Part shown: positions 18,057 to 26,574 of the stretch, in pieces
Numbering within the stretch: the first letter of the stretch is position 1
How the letters are laid out: every line of letters starts with the position of its first letter
Assembly (NCBI GenBank): GCA_963711565.1
Contig: CAVQEQ010000004.1
Location: forward strand, 1,536,001 to 1,600,000
Direction: 5' to 3'
Length of the DNA: 64,000 nt
From: an uncultured delta proteobacterium
Lineage (GTDB): Bacteria > Desulfobacterota > Binatia > Binatales > Binataceae
Position numbers and translations under genes: made by a program
Notes under the pieces: generated by a model
The model's input: only the letters and a program-made list of their open reading frames with translations
Databases searched by the model: none
Told to the model about the DNA's origin: nothing

Positions 18057-18719
18057 ATGACCATCAAAGAGCGAATCGGGTTTGTGACCCTGACTCTCGC
18101 CGCCGCCTTCGTCGGAGGCGCCGTGTCGGGACATATCTTCGCCGCCCGCAGCGTTGACGCCGCCAATGCGCCCAGGATGATTACCGCGCAGAAGTTCATG
18201 CTCGTTGACAGTCACGGCAAGACCCGCGGCGAGTTCAACGTCACTCACAACGGCGTCGCGCAAATCGCGGTCTTCGATGGGACCGGCACTCTGCGCGCCG
18301 GCCTCGGCGTCGGCGCCGACGGCGCTCCCGCGCTGGGCATCTACGGCCACGACGGCAAGCCGCGCGCCGAAGTCGGACTTACCAACAGCGTCGCGCGCGT
18401 GGTGCTGTTCGACGCGAACGCGCAGCCGCAAGCCACGATCGGTGTTGCGCCCGACGGTCAGTCCGGCCTCGGCCTGATGGACAGTAAAGGCAATCCGCGC
18501 GCTTCGATTATCGTACAGCCCGACGGCACTCCCACGCTGCGCCTCGCCGACGATCAGCACGGACGCATCGGGATGGATCTGACGCCTGACGGGCGGCCCG
18601 GCCTCGCACTGCTGGGCAGCGACGGCAAGACCCGCGCCTCGCTCACCGTCAATACGGACGGCGTCGGCGCACTGACCTTGTTCGACGCCAACGGCAATGC
18701 AATCAACTCCGTGCCCTGA
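18057..18719 (+). CDS. Exported protein with about seven 22-aa tandem repeats
   Basis: Signal/TM then repeated L.L.D..G..RA.(L/I).V..DG.P; AAGGAG RBS. Confidence 0.8.
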   Translation: MTIKERIGFVTLTLAAAFVGGAVSGHIFAARSVDAANAPRMITAQKFMLVDSHGKTRGEFNVTHNGVAQIAVFDGTGTLRAGLGVGADGAPALGIYGHDGKPRAEVGLTNSVARVVLFDANAQPQATIGVAPDGQSGLGLMDSKGNPRASIIVQPDGTPTLRLADDQHGRIGMDLTPDGRPGLALLGSDGKTRASLTVNTDGVGALTLFDANGNAINSVP

Positions 18720-18730
18720 TTGATTCCGCG

Positions 18731-18762
18731 AAGGGCGGCCCCACACAGGCCGCCCTTTTTTC
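18731..18762 (+). terminator. Intrinsic terminator
   Basis: aagggcggcc-ccacaca-ggccgccctt followed by a T run. Confidence 0.8.
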
Positions 18763-18792
18763 CTCCGCATCAACCCCGTGAACCAGTGAGTA

Positions 18793-19302
18793 GTGAAAAA
18801 GGAACGAATGCCGCGACGCCCGACCTCTTCGATCGCCCTCAGCTTTATAATTGCCGCGCTTTCGGCCGCGCTATGCGGATGCAGCTCGGTATCTCAATCG
18901 ATCGAACCGCAACCGCCGACCGCCGAACAGAAGGCCGAGCAGCTCGAACCGATGCTCGCGGCGGCCGGCTTCCGGATGCTGCCCGCCGACACCCCGCAGC
19001 GCCAGCAGCAGCTGTCGACGCTGGTTCCGCTCAACGTCAATTACTATGTCGGCAAGACCGGCAACCTGCATTACTACATGGCCGATCCCGACTATTGTAA
19101 GTGTATGTACATCGGCACCGAGGAGAATTATCAGCAGTACGAAAAGATCAAACTCAACCAACAGTTCCAGGCGAAGGAAGGCGAGATCTCCCGCGAAGAT
19201 CTCGAAGCCCAGCAGATGGAGGACATGGACATGCAGGAAGAGATGTTCAATCCGTACGGCCTGGGACTCGTCGGCCCGATGGGCCCCGCGATGTACTGGT
19301 GA
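18793..19302 (+). CDS. Hypothetical lipoprotein
   Basis: Lipobox LCGC; LAAAGF..PADTP..Y.ADP.YCKC.YIG.E..YQ.Y. Confidence 0.75.
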   Translation: MKKERMPRRPTSSIALSFIIAALSAALCGCSSVSQSIEPQPPTAEQKAEQLEPMLAAAGFRMLPADTPQRQQQLSTLVPLNVNYYVGKTGNLHYYMADPDYCKCMYIGTEENYQQYEKIKLNQQFQAKEGEISREDLEAQQMEDMDMQEEMFNPYGLGLVGPMGPAMYW

Positions 19303-19329
19303 CGCGACTTCCACCGCTCCAGCCAAAAA

Positions 19330-20136
19330 ATGGACTTTGACGCTTTCCTCGAGCGATGCCGTGCGCAATGGCCCGAGTTTGCCGACGCGCGCCGCCTCGC
19401 CCGCTCGACTCATCCCGCCGATCGCTCGCTCTCGCACATCCTCGGCGAAATTCCCGGGATGGCGACCGAGAACAAACTGCGCCTCCTCAATTGCGCCGTC
19501 GCCTCGCTCGACGAGGGCGAGGTTTACGTCGAAGTAGGATGCTACAAAGGTGCGAGCCTGGTCGGCGCCGCCGCGTCCAATCCTCACGCGCGAATCCTCG
19601 CATGCGACAACTTCTCGCAATTCGACGGCGCCGCCGACGCGCTCCGCCGCACCCTCGACGCGCACACCGCGCCGGGCCAAGTCACCTTCCACGACATAGA
19701 CTTCCGCGATTTCCTCGCCGCCGCGCCATGGCGTCCCGCAAAGATCGGCGCCTACTTTTACGACGGCGGCCATTCTTTTGCCGATCAGTACGACGGCGTC
19801 GCGCTGGCAATCCCGCACCTCGCCGACGACGCACTCGTCATCGTCAACGATACCAACAAGCGCGCCGCCCGCTCCGCCAACAACCTCGTCGCGCATGTCC
19901 TGACCAATTTCGATCTGATTCTGGATTTGCGCACGTCGCGCAATCACTCGCCCACATGGTGGAACGGCGTCCAGGTCTACCGCTACCAACGCCGCCCCAA
20001 AGACTCCGCGATCAAATTTCCAACCCCGGGTTTCTCGATCCGAAAATTGGTGTACGACGACATCTTCCTGGAAATGAAACACCGCCGCCGCGCCCGCCGC
20101 AAAGCCCGAAAGGACCGCCAACCAACAACTACTTGA
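19330..20136 (+). CDS. Class I SAM-dependent methyltransferase (Methyltransf_24-like)
   Basis: YVEVGCYKGAS motif I; YFYDGGHS. Confidence 0.8.
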   Translation: MDFDAFLERCRAQWPEFADARRLARSTHPADRSLSHILGEIPGMATENKLRLLNCAVASLDEGEVYVEVGCYKGASLVGAAASNPHARILACDNFSQFDGAADALRRTLDAHTAPGQVTFHDIDFRDFLAAAPWRPAKIGAYFYDGGHSFADQYDGVALAIPHLADDALVIVNDTNKRAARSANNLVAHVLTNFDLILDLRTSRNHSPTWWNGVQVYRYQRRPKDSAIKFPTPGFSIRKLVYDDIFLEMKHRRRARRKARKDRQPTTT

Positions 20137-20202
20137 CCCCCTCTCCCAGTGAGCAGATGGCGACCTAAGTCGCCATCTGCGGGCAGCCCCCAACAACCTT
20201 TC

Positions 20203-20268
20203 CTAACACCGGGTGCAGGGGTCACCCCTGCCCAAGGAGGTGTGGAACCCACGGAGGGTTCCACGTTC
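20203..20268 (-). repeat. Repeat family A copy immediately 3' of the portal gene
   Basis: acaccgggtgcaggggtcacccctgcccaagg..gtggaacccacggagggttccac. Confidence 0.85.
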
Positions 20269-21640
20269 AATTTATCTCCCCCGTCTCCTTAATCGCCCCG
20301 AGCACCGCGTCGCCCGCGCCTGCCTCCGCGATTCCCAGCTTGTCCAGTATCGTCTTCTGACTAACCCTCAGCCCTCGATCCGCCAGCATCGCGACGATTT
20401 CCGCGAACACTTTCGCATCGCTATCGTCCGGCAGCCCCAACTCGATCTTCGGATACTGGCGCTGCGGTCCCATGTTCAGCTCGACGATCGGCCGCACCAG
20501 GTCGCGCGCGAGCGTCGCCGCCAGTCGCTTCGCGTCCGCATTGAGGATGTCGCGGCGGACGCCCTCATGCACTTGCGCGGCGGCTCGCGAGCCTCCCGAC
20601 CTGGGCATCTCAGTAGTCAATGTCTGTCCGAGGACTGCCTTACTCACTTGCGCATCTAGGTATTGACAAAAGCTCTGATACAATTCCGAACTGCCATTCT
20701 GATGCGCCTCAGTAAACTCTATTACCATCGACTCCGGCATTATCGCCGCCGCGTCAGTGCCTATTCGCGATACCGCATTGAGTAGTGCCTGCTTGTCCTG
20801 TTCCGATGCCCCCGGATGGTATTTGCCGACTCTCAGTGGCTGTCCGAATACCTCAGTGAACGTTACCCAGTCCTTTAGTACGTAGTTCTTGAACAGGTAT
20901 GCCCACCCCGCGGCACGCGCGAGACCGCCGCGTATCGGCAGGCCGGCTTTCGCCTTGGCGAAATGAGTTATGAACTTGTAGGGCGCCAGCGGCGCCGTCA
21001 TCGGCTGAATCCCGATTCCCGGGCGCATCGGCGAGTACATTCCGTCGCCGCCAAAATGCGTCGGGAGCCGAGCCTGCGCGTCGCTCTCGACCGGGATCAT
21101 CTCGCCGTTCAACGTCCGCACCAGCATCTCTTCACCCGAGATCCAGTCGAACGCGAACCAGCGCGGGTCGCGCCACTTCAACAGTGCGGGAAACCATTCT
21201 CTCCCAGAGGTATCCCACATTATTTCAGTGGCCGAGAATCCCTTGCCGACTGCGTCGAGGATGTCGAACAGCACGCTGTCGAGCTGTATCGGGCCATCGA
21301 TAAGTACCTCGCGTACCATCGCCGCCGCGCGCTGATCTTCGGCAGAGCTGGACGCCGCCCGCACAACGACATCGAGTTGTGCGGCCGCGTTTTTCCGAGT
21401 GCCCAGAACCGCCAGGTAATGCAGGTCCTTCTCTTCCATCTCCTCGGCCAGCTCGAGGTACAGATACGGATCGCCGAACTCCGCCTGCTGCAGGATTGCC
21501 GTCAATCGTTCGGGCGTAAGCCCGATCGACGGATGCATCACGGAATATATATTTCGCACTCCGGCCATCGTCGGCGCTGCCTGCTCTTCGCGCAGCATTC
21601 CGGTATCCACTTCGCGACCGTAAGCATCATAGAGTGTCAT
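20267..21640 (-). CDS. Mu gp29-like portal protein (DUF935)
   Basis: GLTPERL..IL..A..GD..LAEEMEEKD.H..LGTRK; DAVGKGFS; GL.R..W.YLFK..W..F.E.FGQP.RVGKY; SKAVLGQTLT; VHEGVRRDI. Confidence 0.93.
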   Translation of the reverse strand: MTLYDAYGREVDTGMLREEQAAPTMAGVRNIYSVMHPSIGLTPERLTAILQQAEFGDPYLYLELAEEMEEKDLHYLAVLGTRKNAAAQLDVVVRAASSSAEDQRAAAMVREVLIDGPIQLDSVLFDILDAVGKGFSATEIMWDTSGREWFPALLKWRDPRWFAFDWISGEEMLVRTLNGEMIPVESDAQARLPTHFGGDGMYSPMRPGIGIQPMTAPLAPYKFITHFAKAKAGLPIRGGLARAAGWAYLFKNYVLKDWVTFTEVFGQPLRVGKYHPGASEQDKQALLNAVSRIGTDAAAIMPESMVIEFTEAHQNGSSELYQSFCQYLDAQVSKAVLGQTLTTEMPRSGGSRAAAQVHEGVRRDILNADAKRLAATLARDLVRPIVELNMGPQRQYPKIELGLPDDSDAKVFAEIVAMLADRGLRVSQKTILDKLGIAEAGAGDAVLGAIKETGEIN

Positions 21641-21657
21641 AATTACTCTCCGGACGA

Positions 21658-21807
21658 TTAGTCAGTTGCATGTTCTTTCGATACCGCTTCGCCAATCTTC
21701 AAGAACCAGTCGCCCCCGCACCGATGACACGGATGCGGCAGCCGAATTAGCGCAAGAATAAACTCGTAGCCGCACTCCTCGCATTTCCACCGCCAGTAGC
21801 TATTCAT
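21658..21807 (-). CDS. 49-aa zinc-ribbon protein (not in the ORF track)
   Basis: Manual translation MNSYWRWKCEECGYEFILALIRLPHPCHRCGGDWFLKIGEAVSKEHATD*; CxxC..CxxC; fills the terminase-portal gap on the operon strand. Confidence 0.65.
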   Translation of the reverse strand: MNSYWRWKCEECGYEFILALIRLPHPCHRCGGDWFLKIGEAVSKEHATD

Positions 21808-21812
21808 CGTTG

Positions 21813-23336
21813 CTAGAATCCACGCGCGTGCGCGGCGGCGAATTCCTCTTCGGCCGGTGGGGGGCCGAATGAATCGAAGCGGCCCGCGAAGAACTCTCTG
21901 TTGGCCGACGGGCGCGCCGGGGTGTATGCGATCAAGCCGGCGTCGGTGCGCGACGCGAAGAATGCGAGCGCCGCCGCCATCGCGGAGTCGCCATGCCGTC
22001 CTTTGCCGTCGCTGCCCGCGCGCCGATCGGAAATTTTCGCGACGCCGTTCTCAAGCACGATCGCGCGATGGTCCGCGAGCACGTCGGCGTCCTTCGGAAT
22101 TTCGATCGTGCCGTCCTCGAAGGCAGCCTTGTAGCGCGGCATATTCTCGCGGTACCAACTCTCCGACAGCATCACCTGCACGATGCGCCCGCCGTAACGC
22201 TGCGCCGCGGTTTCCGCGAGATACTGGCCGTTGCCCCGCGCGTCCATCGCGCCGTTGGTGAAGCGCGGCAGATGGTCCACGACGTAGGTGAGCACCTGCT
22301 CCTGGTTGCGAAACGGGATGTTACGCAGCTCGACGACGAACGGCGTGCGCCGCGTCAGGTTCGCCGCGATTTGCAGCGGCCAGATCACGGTCAGGTCGCC
22401 CGAGCGGCCGAAGTCTTCGCCGAAAAAGCTCGCGCGCGCCGGATCGAGCGTCGCCAGCGCCGGCGCGATATTGTCCTCGCACCACGCCTGCGTTTCCGAG
22501 TAGCGCTCCGCTTCCGGACGCCCCGAAAATTCCGCCGGCATTTCCCAGCGCAGGATCGGGATTCCGGCTTTCATCCGCGCTTCGATCAGCACCGAGCTCA
22601 GGTACGCGCCGGACGACGCGCGCGGGACACAGAACAACTCTTCGCCGACGTTATCGCCGTAGTAATCGACAATCTGCTGGCGCCATTCGCGCTGCTTCGC
22701 CTCGTTCCACTCGGTTTCATTCTGCTCGCAGATTTTTTTGTATAGTCCGTCGGCGAGCGCCTCGTCGAAAGTAGTACGATGAAGTGAGTATGGCCAGCGG
22801 CAGGCGCGAATCTCACTGACTAGTTCATTGAAGGGGTTTTGCGCGCCGTTGTGAGTACTGATTATCCGCACCAGACCGCCCCACATGGTAAAGGCCAGCG
22901 CCGCCTTCAGCAGCCCCGCCAAGTCTTCGTGGAAGGCAGCCTCATCTATAACGGCGCATCCGTCCTTGCCGCGCAGGTTCGACGGGCGCGACGACAGCGC
23001 GACGATTTTGTGCCCGGACGCGAAGCGAATGCGATATGCGAGGATGTCGGCGCGCTCGTCCTCGAGCACGATTTCCTCGACCGCCTCGGCCGCCCGATTG
23101 AAGCGCCGCGCCCATCGCGCGGCGGCCTCGATAAACTCGAGCGCCATGTCCTTGTTGTAGCCGATATACCATCCGTCGATTCCGGCGCGGCCGCCGGTCG
23201 CGGCGCCAAGCGCGCGATCGGCCGCCTCGGTCCAGGTGATCCCGATGCGGCGGGATTTCTCGCTGACCTTCACCTGCGACTGGTCGGCCAGCCATCGGCG
23301 TTGATAAGGAAGTAGTATTGAGAGTGGTTCATTCAT
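21813..23336 (-). CDS. Mu gp28-like large terminase
   Basis: LLPYQ, KSRRIGIT (Walker A), VIDEAAF (Walker B), IISTHNG, nuclease GEDFGRSGD, MDARGNG, HGD. Confidence 0.93.
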   Translation of the reverse strand: MNEPLSILLPYQRRWLADQSQVKVSEKSRRIGITWTEAADRALGAATGGRAGIDGWYIGYNKDMALEFIEAAARWARRFNRAAEAVEEIVLEDERADILAYRIRFASGHKIVALSSRPSNLRGKDGCAVIDEAAFHEDLAGLLKAALAFTMWGGLVRIISTHNGAQNPFNELVSEIRACRWPYSLHRTTFDEALADGLYKKICEQNETEWNEAKQREWRQQIVDYYGDNVGEELFCVPRASSGAYLSSVLIEARMKAGIPILRWEMPAEFSGRPEAERYSETQAWCEDNIAPALATLDPARASFFGEDFGRSGDLTVIWPLQIAANLTRRTPFVVELRNIPFRNQEQVLTYVVDHLPRFTNGAMDARGNGQYLAETAAQRYGGRIVQVMLSESWYRENMPRYKAAFEDGTIEIPKDADVLADHRAIVLENGVAKISDRRAGSDGKGRHGDSAMAAALAFFASRTDAGLIAYTPARPSANREFFAGRFDSFGPPPAEEEFAAAHARGF

Positions 23337-23367
23337 TAGCTAGTTGCTATTCGGTTATGTTTCCAAT

Positions 23368-23521
23368 TCCCTCGCCCCACGAGGGGAGAGGGTTAGGGTG
23401 AGGGACATTTTTTGCGGCGCGATTGTCTGTTGCGACGCAGATCCGGAATCTTCGGCGAAATTTGGTCCCTCACCCGCCGCTCGAAGACGAGCGTTGGCCT
23501 ATCCCCTCGTGGGGGCGAGGC
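23368..23521. repeat. Inverted pair of family-B-related hairpins
   Basis: ccctcgccccacgaggggagagggttagggtgaggg ... ccctcaccc..cccctcgtgggggcgagg, between the small and large terminase genes. Confidence 0.7.
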
Positions 23522-23557
23522 AAAGAGTCGCCTTGCTCGGGCACGCAAGAGTCATCT

Positions 23558-24163
23558 CTATATCTCCATCAACACTGCTTTGATCTGCGCGGCCGCGTCC
23601 TTGCTCAGGCCTTTGGTGCGGGCTTCTTCCACCTTTTTTTGTACGGCGGCTACTCCTGCGCGGGTGCGCTCGGCCAGCCTTCGGTGTTCGGTTTCGGTTT
23701 TCGCCAGATTCGACACGCAACGGGCCAGGGCGCCGATGTTTACCGGAGCGACGGTTGCGCGCCTGGTGCTGCCCTTGCCGTTGGAGACGGCGAGCACCTG
23801 GAAAAGCTGAGTCTGTACGAGTCTGAGCAGAGCGGTTTGCATTTCAGCGTCGTCGTTTTTGAATTGCTTACAAACGATTCGGGCCTGTTCGGTCGCGAGC
23901 CGGATCGCATCGAGCTGCTTATCGAAGTTCGCCCCGTATTGGCGTATGGACCTGCTCGAAATCTCGAAGCCATTGTCGCCCAACCACTTCGCCAATTGCA
24001 GCGAGCTATGGAAGGTGCCATCGCTCATCATTGCGTCGAGCTGCTGCTTTAGATCTTTGGGCATCCGCTTGATCTTCCAGGTCTTGGGGGGCTTGGGGCG
24101 GTAGGGCACGCGCTTGGGATGGCCGCCGGGTTCCTTTTTCTTCGCGCCTTTTTTCTCATTCAT
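23558..24163 (-). CDS. Mu gp27-like protein (DUF3486), putative small terminase
   Basis: KI..MP..LK..LD..LAKWL...GFEIS..SI..YG; C-terminal GLS......IK..L; directly upstream of the large terminase. Confidence 0.8.
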   Translation of the reverse strand: MNEKKGAKKKEPGGHPKRVPYRPKPPKTWKIKRMPKDLKQQLDAMMSDGTFHSSLQLAKWLGDNGFEISSRSIRQYGANFDKQLDAIRLATEQARIVCKQFKNDDAEMQTALLRLVQTQLFQVLAVSNGKGSTRRATVAPVNIGALARCVSNLAKTETEHRRLAERTRAGVAAVQKKVEEARTKGLSKDAAAQIKAVLMEI

Positions 24164-24172
24164 CGGCGGCGC

Positions 24173-24487
24173 TCACCAGTACTTGCGCGGGCGGGCGACG
24201 CCGGCGGGTGACGGGAAGTTGTACTCGACGACGTTAACGCCGGCGGCGGTGAGTTTCGCGAACCAGGTTTCACCGCCTTCGTTTTCGAGTTCGAGCAGGC
24301 CGAGATCGCGCAGGTAGGCGAGTTCGCGCCGCACCGTGTTGAGCGACAGCGAGAGCTTGATATCGGCGAGCACGCGCCAGATAATCTGCTCGGAGACCGC
24401 TATTGGACGGCCGGCGTTAACGACGCGGAGCATCCGCCATCGCGCTTCCTCGCGATTCTTTTGTTCGAGATCAATTCCGTCCGGCAT
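24173..24487 (-). CDS. Mu gp26-like winged-helix protein
   Basis: RE..RW..L..VRRELAYL...GL..AKLT..G..VVEY....GVARP..W. Confidence 0.78.
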   Translation of the reverse strand: MPDGIDLEQKNREEARWRMLRVVNAGRPIAVSEQIIWRVLADIKLSLSLNTVRRELAYLRDLGLLELENEGGETWFAKLTAAGVNVVEYNFPSPAGVARPRKYW

Positions 24488-24773
24488 ACAACCTGTCCTT
24501 TACCTCTCCGATTTCTCCGCGCATTTCCTCGCGCATCGCATCGAGCTTCGCGTCGAGCGTTCCGCTGAAGCGAATCCAGTCCTCGCGGCGCACGTACTCG
24601 AGCGGCAGATTGACGCGCAATTCGGTCACCTGCCGCTCGAGCTCATCGACGCGGCCCGTGTCGCGCTCATGCTGTTCCTCGCGGCGCTTGAGCAGCCATT
24701 GAATCGTGCTGGCGTTGACCGCCAGGAACGCGATGAAGGTGGCGGCCCATCCGGCTGCGCTGCCCCACTCCAT
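24471..24773 (-). CDS. Mu gp25-like membrane-anchored coiled-coil protein
   Basis: N-terminal TM, LP.EYVRREDWIR..LDAKLD motif; position between lysis genes and gp26. Confidence 0.65.
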   Translation of the reverse strand: MEWGSAAGWAATFIAFLAVNASTIQWLLKRREEQHERDTGRVDELERQVTELRVNLPLEYVRREDWIRFSGTLDAKLDAMREEMRGEIGEVKDRLYAGRN

Positions 24774-24807
24774 TTTTTCAGGCCGCTCCGGTTTTCATCT
24801 GTGTCAG

Positions 24808-24848
24808 AACCTCACCCCTAACCCCTCTCCCTTCTGGAGAGGGGAACA
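24808..24848 (+). repeat. Family B palindromic repeat
   Basis: aacctcacccctaacccctctcccttctggagaggggaac. Confidence 0.8.
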
Positions 24849-24962
24849 ATCGCGCGCCGTTGTCGCGCTCACCTTTCTTTTTGCTGTCAGGATCATTTCA
24901 TCTGCCTTCTTTCGCGCGCGACAACGGAGCGCGGCCTTATCACTGCGCCGCGGCAGCAGCGG

Positions 24963-25493
24963 CTAACGCTTCACGTCCGAGACCGACGCTCCCGACGGAG
25001 CTGCTATCGGCGCGGGCGCGACACCGGTCGGGCAATTTCCGAGCGTCACGGTCTGCGGGACGATCAGCTGATTGCTCGAATTGGTGTAGCCGTACACCTG
25101 GCACGAGAACTGACTCGCCTCGGTCTGATAGGTGGTGCTCATCGACATCGGCAGCGCGGGAGTCTTGCCCTCGCAATAAAGCACGAGGCCGGCGTAATCG
25201 ACCTGCGCCTGCGCGTTGCAGAAGTTGGTGGCCTCCATGCTGAGGGCGGCGGCGCTCGGCACGATCGTGTTCTTGCCGCTGATGATTTGTTTGGGCGTCG
25301 GTTCGAGGAGCCCGCCGCCTTGCTGCGCGCATCCGGGAAGGATGAGAGCGCAGAGGAGAAGGAACCTCACCCCTAGCCCCTCTCCCTTCAGGAGAGGGGG
25401 ACGGAACCTAACCCCTAACCCCTTCCCGCGCGGGAAGGGGAACCGGATGGGAGAAGGGAGATAGGACAGAACGGTTTGGATTTTTGAACTCAT
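24963..25493 (-). CDS. Lipoprotein of the lysis region with two in-frame palindromic repeats in its N-terminus
   Basis: GAGGTG RBS, ATG 25493; lipobox LPGC; repeats translate as PFPRGKGLGVRF and PLLKGEGLGVRF. Confidence 0.65.
   Translation of the reverse strand: MSSKIQTVLSYLPSPIRFPFPRGKGLGVRFRPPLLKGEGLGVRFLLLCALILPGCAQQGGGLLEPTPKQIISGKNTIVPSAAALSMEATNFCNAQAQVDYAGLVLYCEGKTPALPMSMSTTYQTEASQFSCQVYGYTNSSNQLIVPQTVTLGNCPTGVAPAPIAAPSGASVSDVKR
25361..25444 (+). repeat. Two tandem family B repeats inside a CDS
   Basis: ggaacctcacccctagcccctctcccttcaggagagggg; ggaacctaacccctaaccccttcccgcgcgggaagggg. Confidence 0.85.
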
Positions 25494-25549
25494 TTCGATT
25501 TCACCTCTGGGTTTTTCGGGCGTTAGATTTTCATCGCGGATCTGTCGCC

Positions 25550-25652
25550 CTCCTCCCCTCTCCCAGAATGGGAGAGGATCGAAGGTGAGGGTCCTTTTAC
25601 AGCGCGCCTTTTGTTTGGCGCGCGAGTTAAGATTCTGGTCATGCAAAGCCTC
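25550..25652. mobile_element. Partial third MITE copy (interior plus one IS5-like end)
   Basis: ctctcccagaatgggagaggatcgaaggtgagggtcc..gcgcg..aagattctg, then ggtcatgcaaagcctc. Confidence 0.6.
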
Positions 25653-25676
25653 CTCATAGGCGCGATGCCTTTCCGT

Positions 25677-26234
25677 TCACGGCGCATAACTTACGTGGCT
25701 TGCAGCGGTGCTCAGCGGGTTCGTGAGTTGGCTCAGGCCGGTATCGACGGGGGTCTCGATGTTCAGCGTCACGACGCCGGCGTTGTCGCATCGGGCGATC
25801 GCACGATGGGGCGGGAAGAGCAGCGGGACCGGGCTGGTCGAAACGTCGAGCGCCATCGCGGTGCCGGGGGACATCTCGCCGGGCAGCGGCGCGCGGCCGA
25901 TCGCACAGTCGAGCGTGAAGATCTGATCGTGCACCTGCGCGCATCCGGCGGCGAGCGTGAGGATGAGGGCGCAGATGAGGAACCTAACCCCTAACCCCTT
26001 CCCTCGAGGGAAGGGGAAGAATCGCGCGCATGACGGCGCGGCGAGCAGCAGCGCGAGGGAGATGAGGAACCTAACCCCCGGCCCCTTCCCGCGCGGGAAG
26101 GGGAGCAAGACGTGGAGGACGCCCCTCCCGCTCCAAATAATCCGGTTCCCCTTCCCGCGTGCGAAGGGGTTCCGCACCATCCGGTTCCCCTTCCCGCGCG
26201 GGAAGGGGTTAGGGGTTAGGTTCCTCATCTTCAT
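25677..26234 (-). CDS. Lipoprotein of the lysis region with four in-frame palindromic repeats and a duplicated signal-like segment
   Basis: ATG 26234 just after the upstream stop; lipobox AAGC; frame stays open through four repeats. Confidence 0.55.
   Translation of the reverse strand: MKMRNLTPNPFPRGKGNRMVRNPFARGKGNRIIWSGRGVLHVLLPFPRGKGPGVRFLISLALLLAAPSCARFFPFPRGKGLGVRFLICALILTLAAGCAQVHDQIFTLDCAIGRAPLPGEMSPGTAMALDVSTSPVPLLFPPHRAIARCDNAGVVTLNIETPVDTGLSQLTNPLSTAASHVSYAP
25979..26224. repeat. Cluster of four family B repeats in both orientations
   Basis: ccccttccc-N4-gggaagggg hairpins starting near 25979, 26066, 26143 and 26183. Confidence 0.85.
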
Positions 26235-26235
26235 C

Positions 26236-26574
26236 TTAATTCCCAGCCGCACGTCCGCGCGCGCGGGCGTAGGCGTTGCGGCAGTAGTCGCGATCGTCGT
26301 GGAGAATTTTGAAACGATCCTGGCGCACGATGTCCTGATCGTGGGTGAAGCACGCCGCCAGCCCGGAATCGCGCGGACACGGCGATTGATCGGCGTCCGG
26401 CAAATGCGGCGGAGGATCGAGCGGCGCAATCGCGATCGCCGTCGGCGCCGGCGAAGCTGCCTCCGGCGCGTCGAGATGCGGTGCGTAGGTCGGCGCGCAT
26501 CCTGCGGCTAACAGGCTAGTCACCGCGATCAGCATCAACAGGAGTTTTGTCTTTTTGTACATCTGACTTTGCAT
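26236..26574 (-). CDS. Pro-rich lipoprotein, o-spanin-like
   Basis: Lipobox AAGC, Pro-rich segment, additional Cys residues; overlaps the 3' end of the holin. Confidence 0.55.
   Translation of the reverse strand: MQSQMYKKTKLLLMLIAVTSLLAAGCAPTYAPHLDAPEAASPAPTAIAIAPLDPPPHLPDADQSPCPRDSGLAACFTHDQDIVRQDRFKILHDDRDYCRNAYARARGRAAGN

Noticed and set aside
25361-26224. Clustered palindromic repeats as a CRISPR array
   Set aside because: Irregular spacing, mixed orientation, variable sequence, dispersed copies elsewhere and no cas genes
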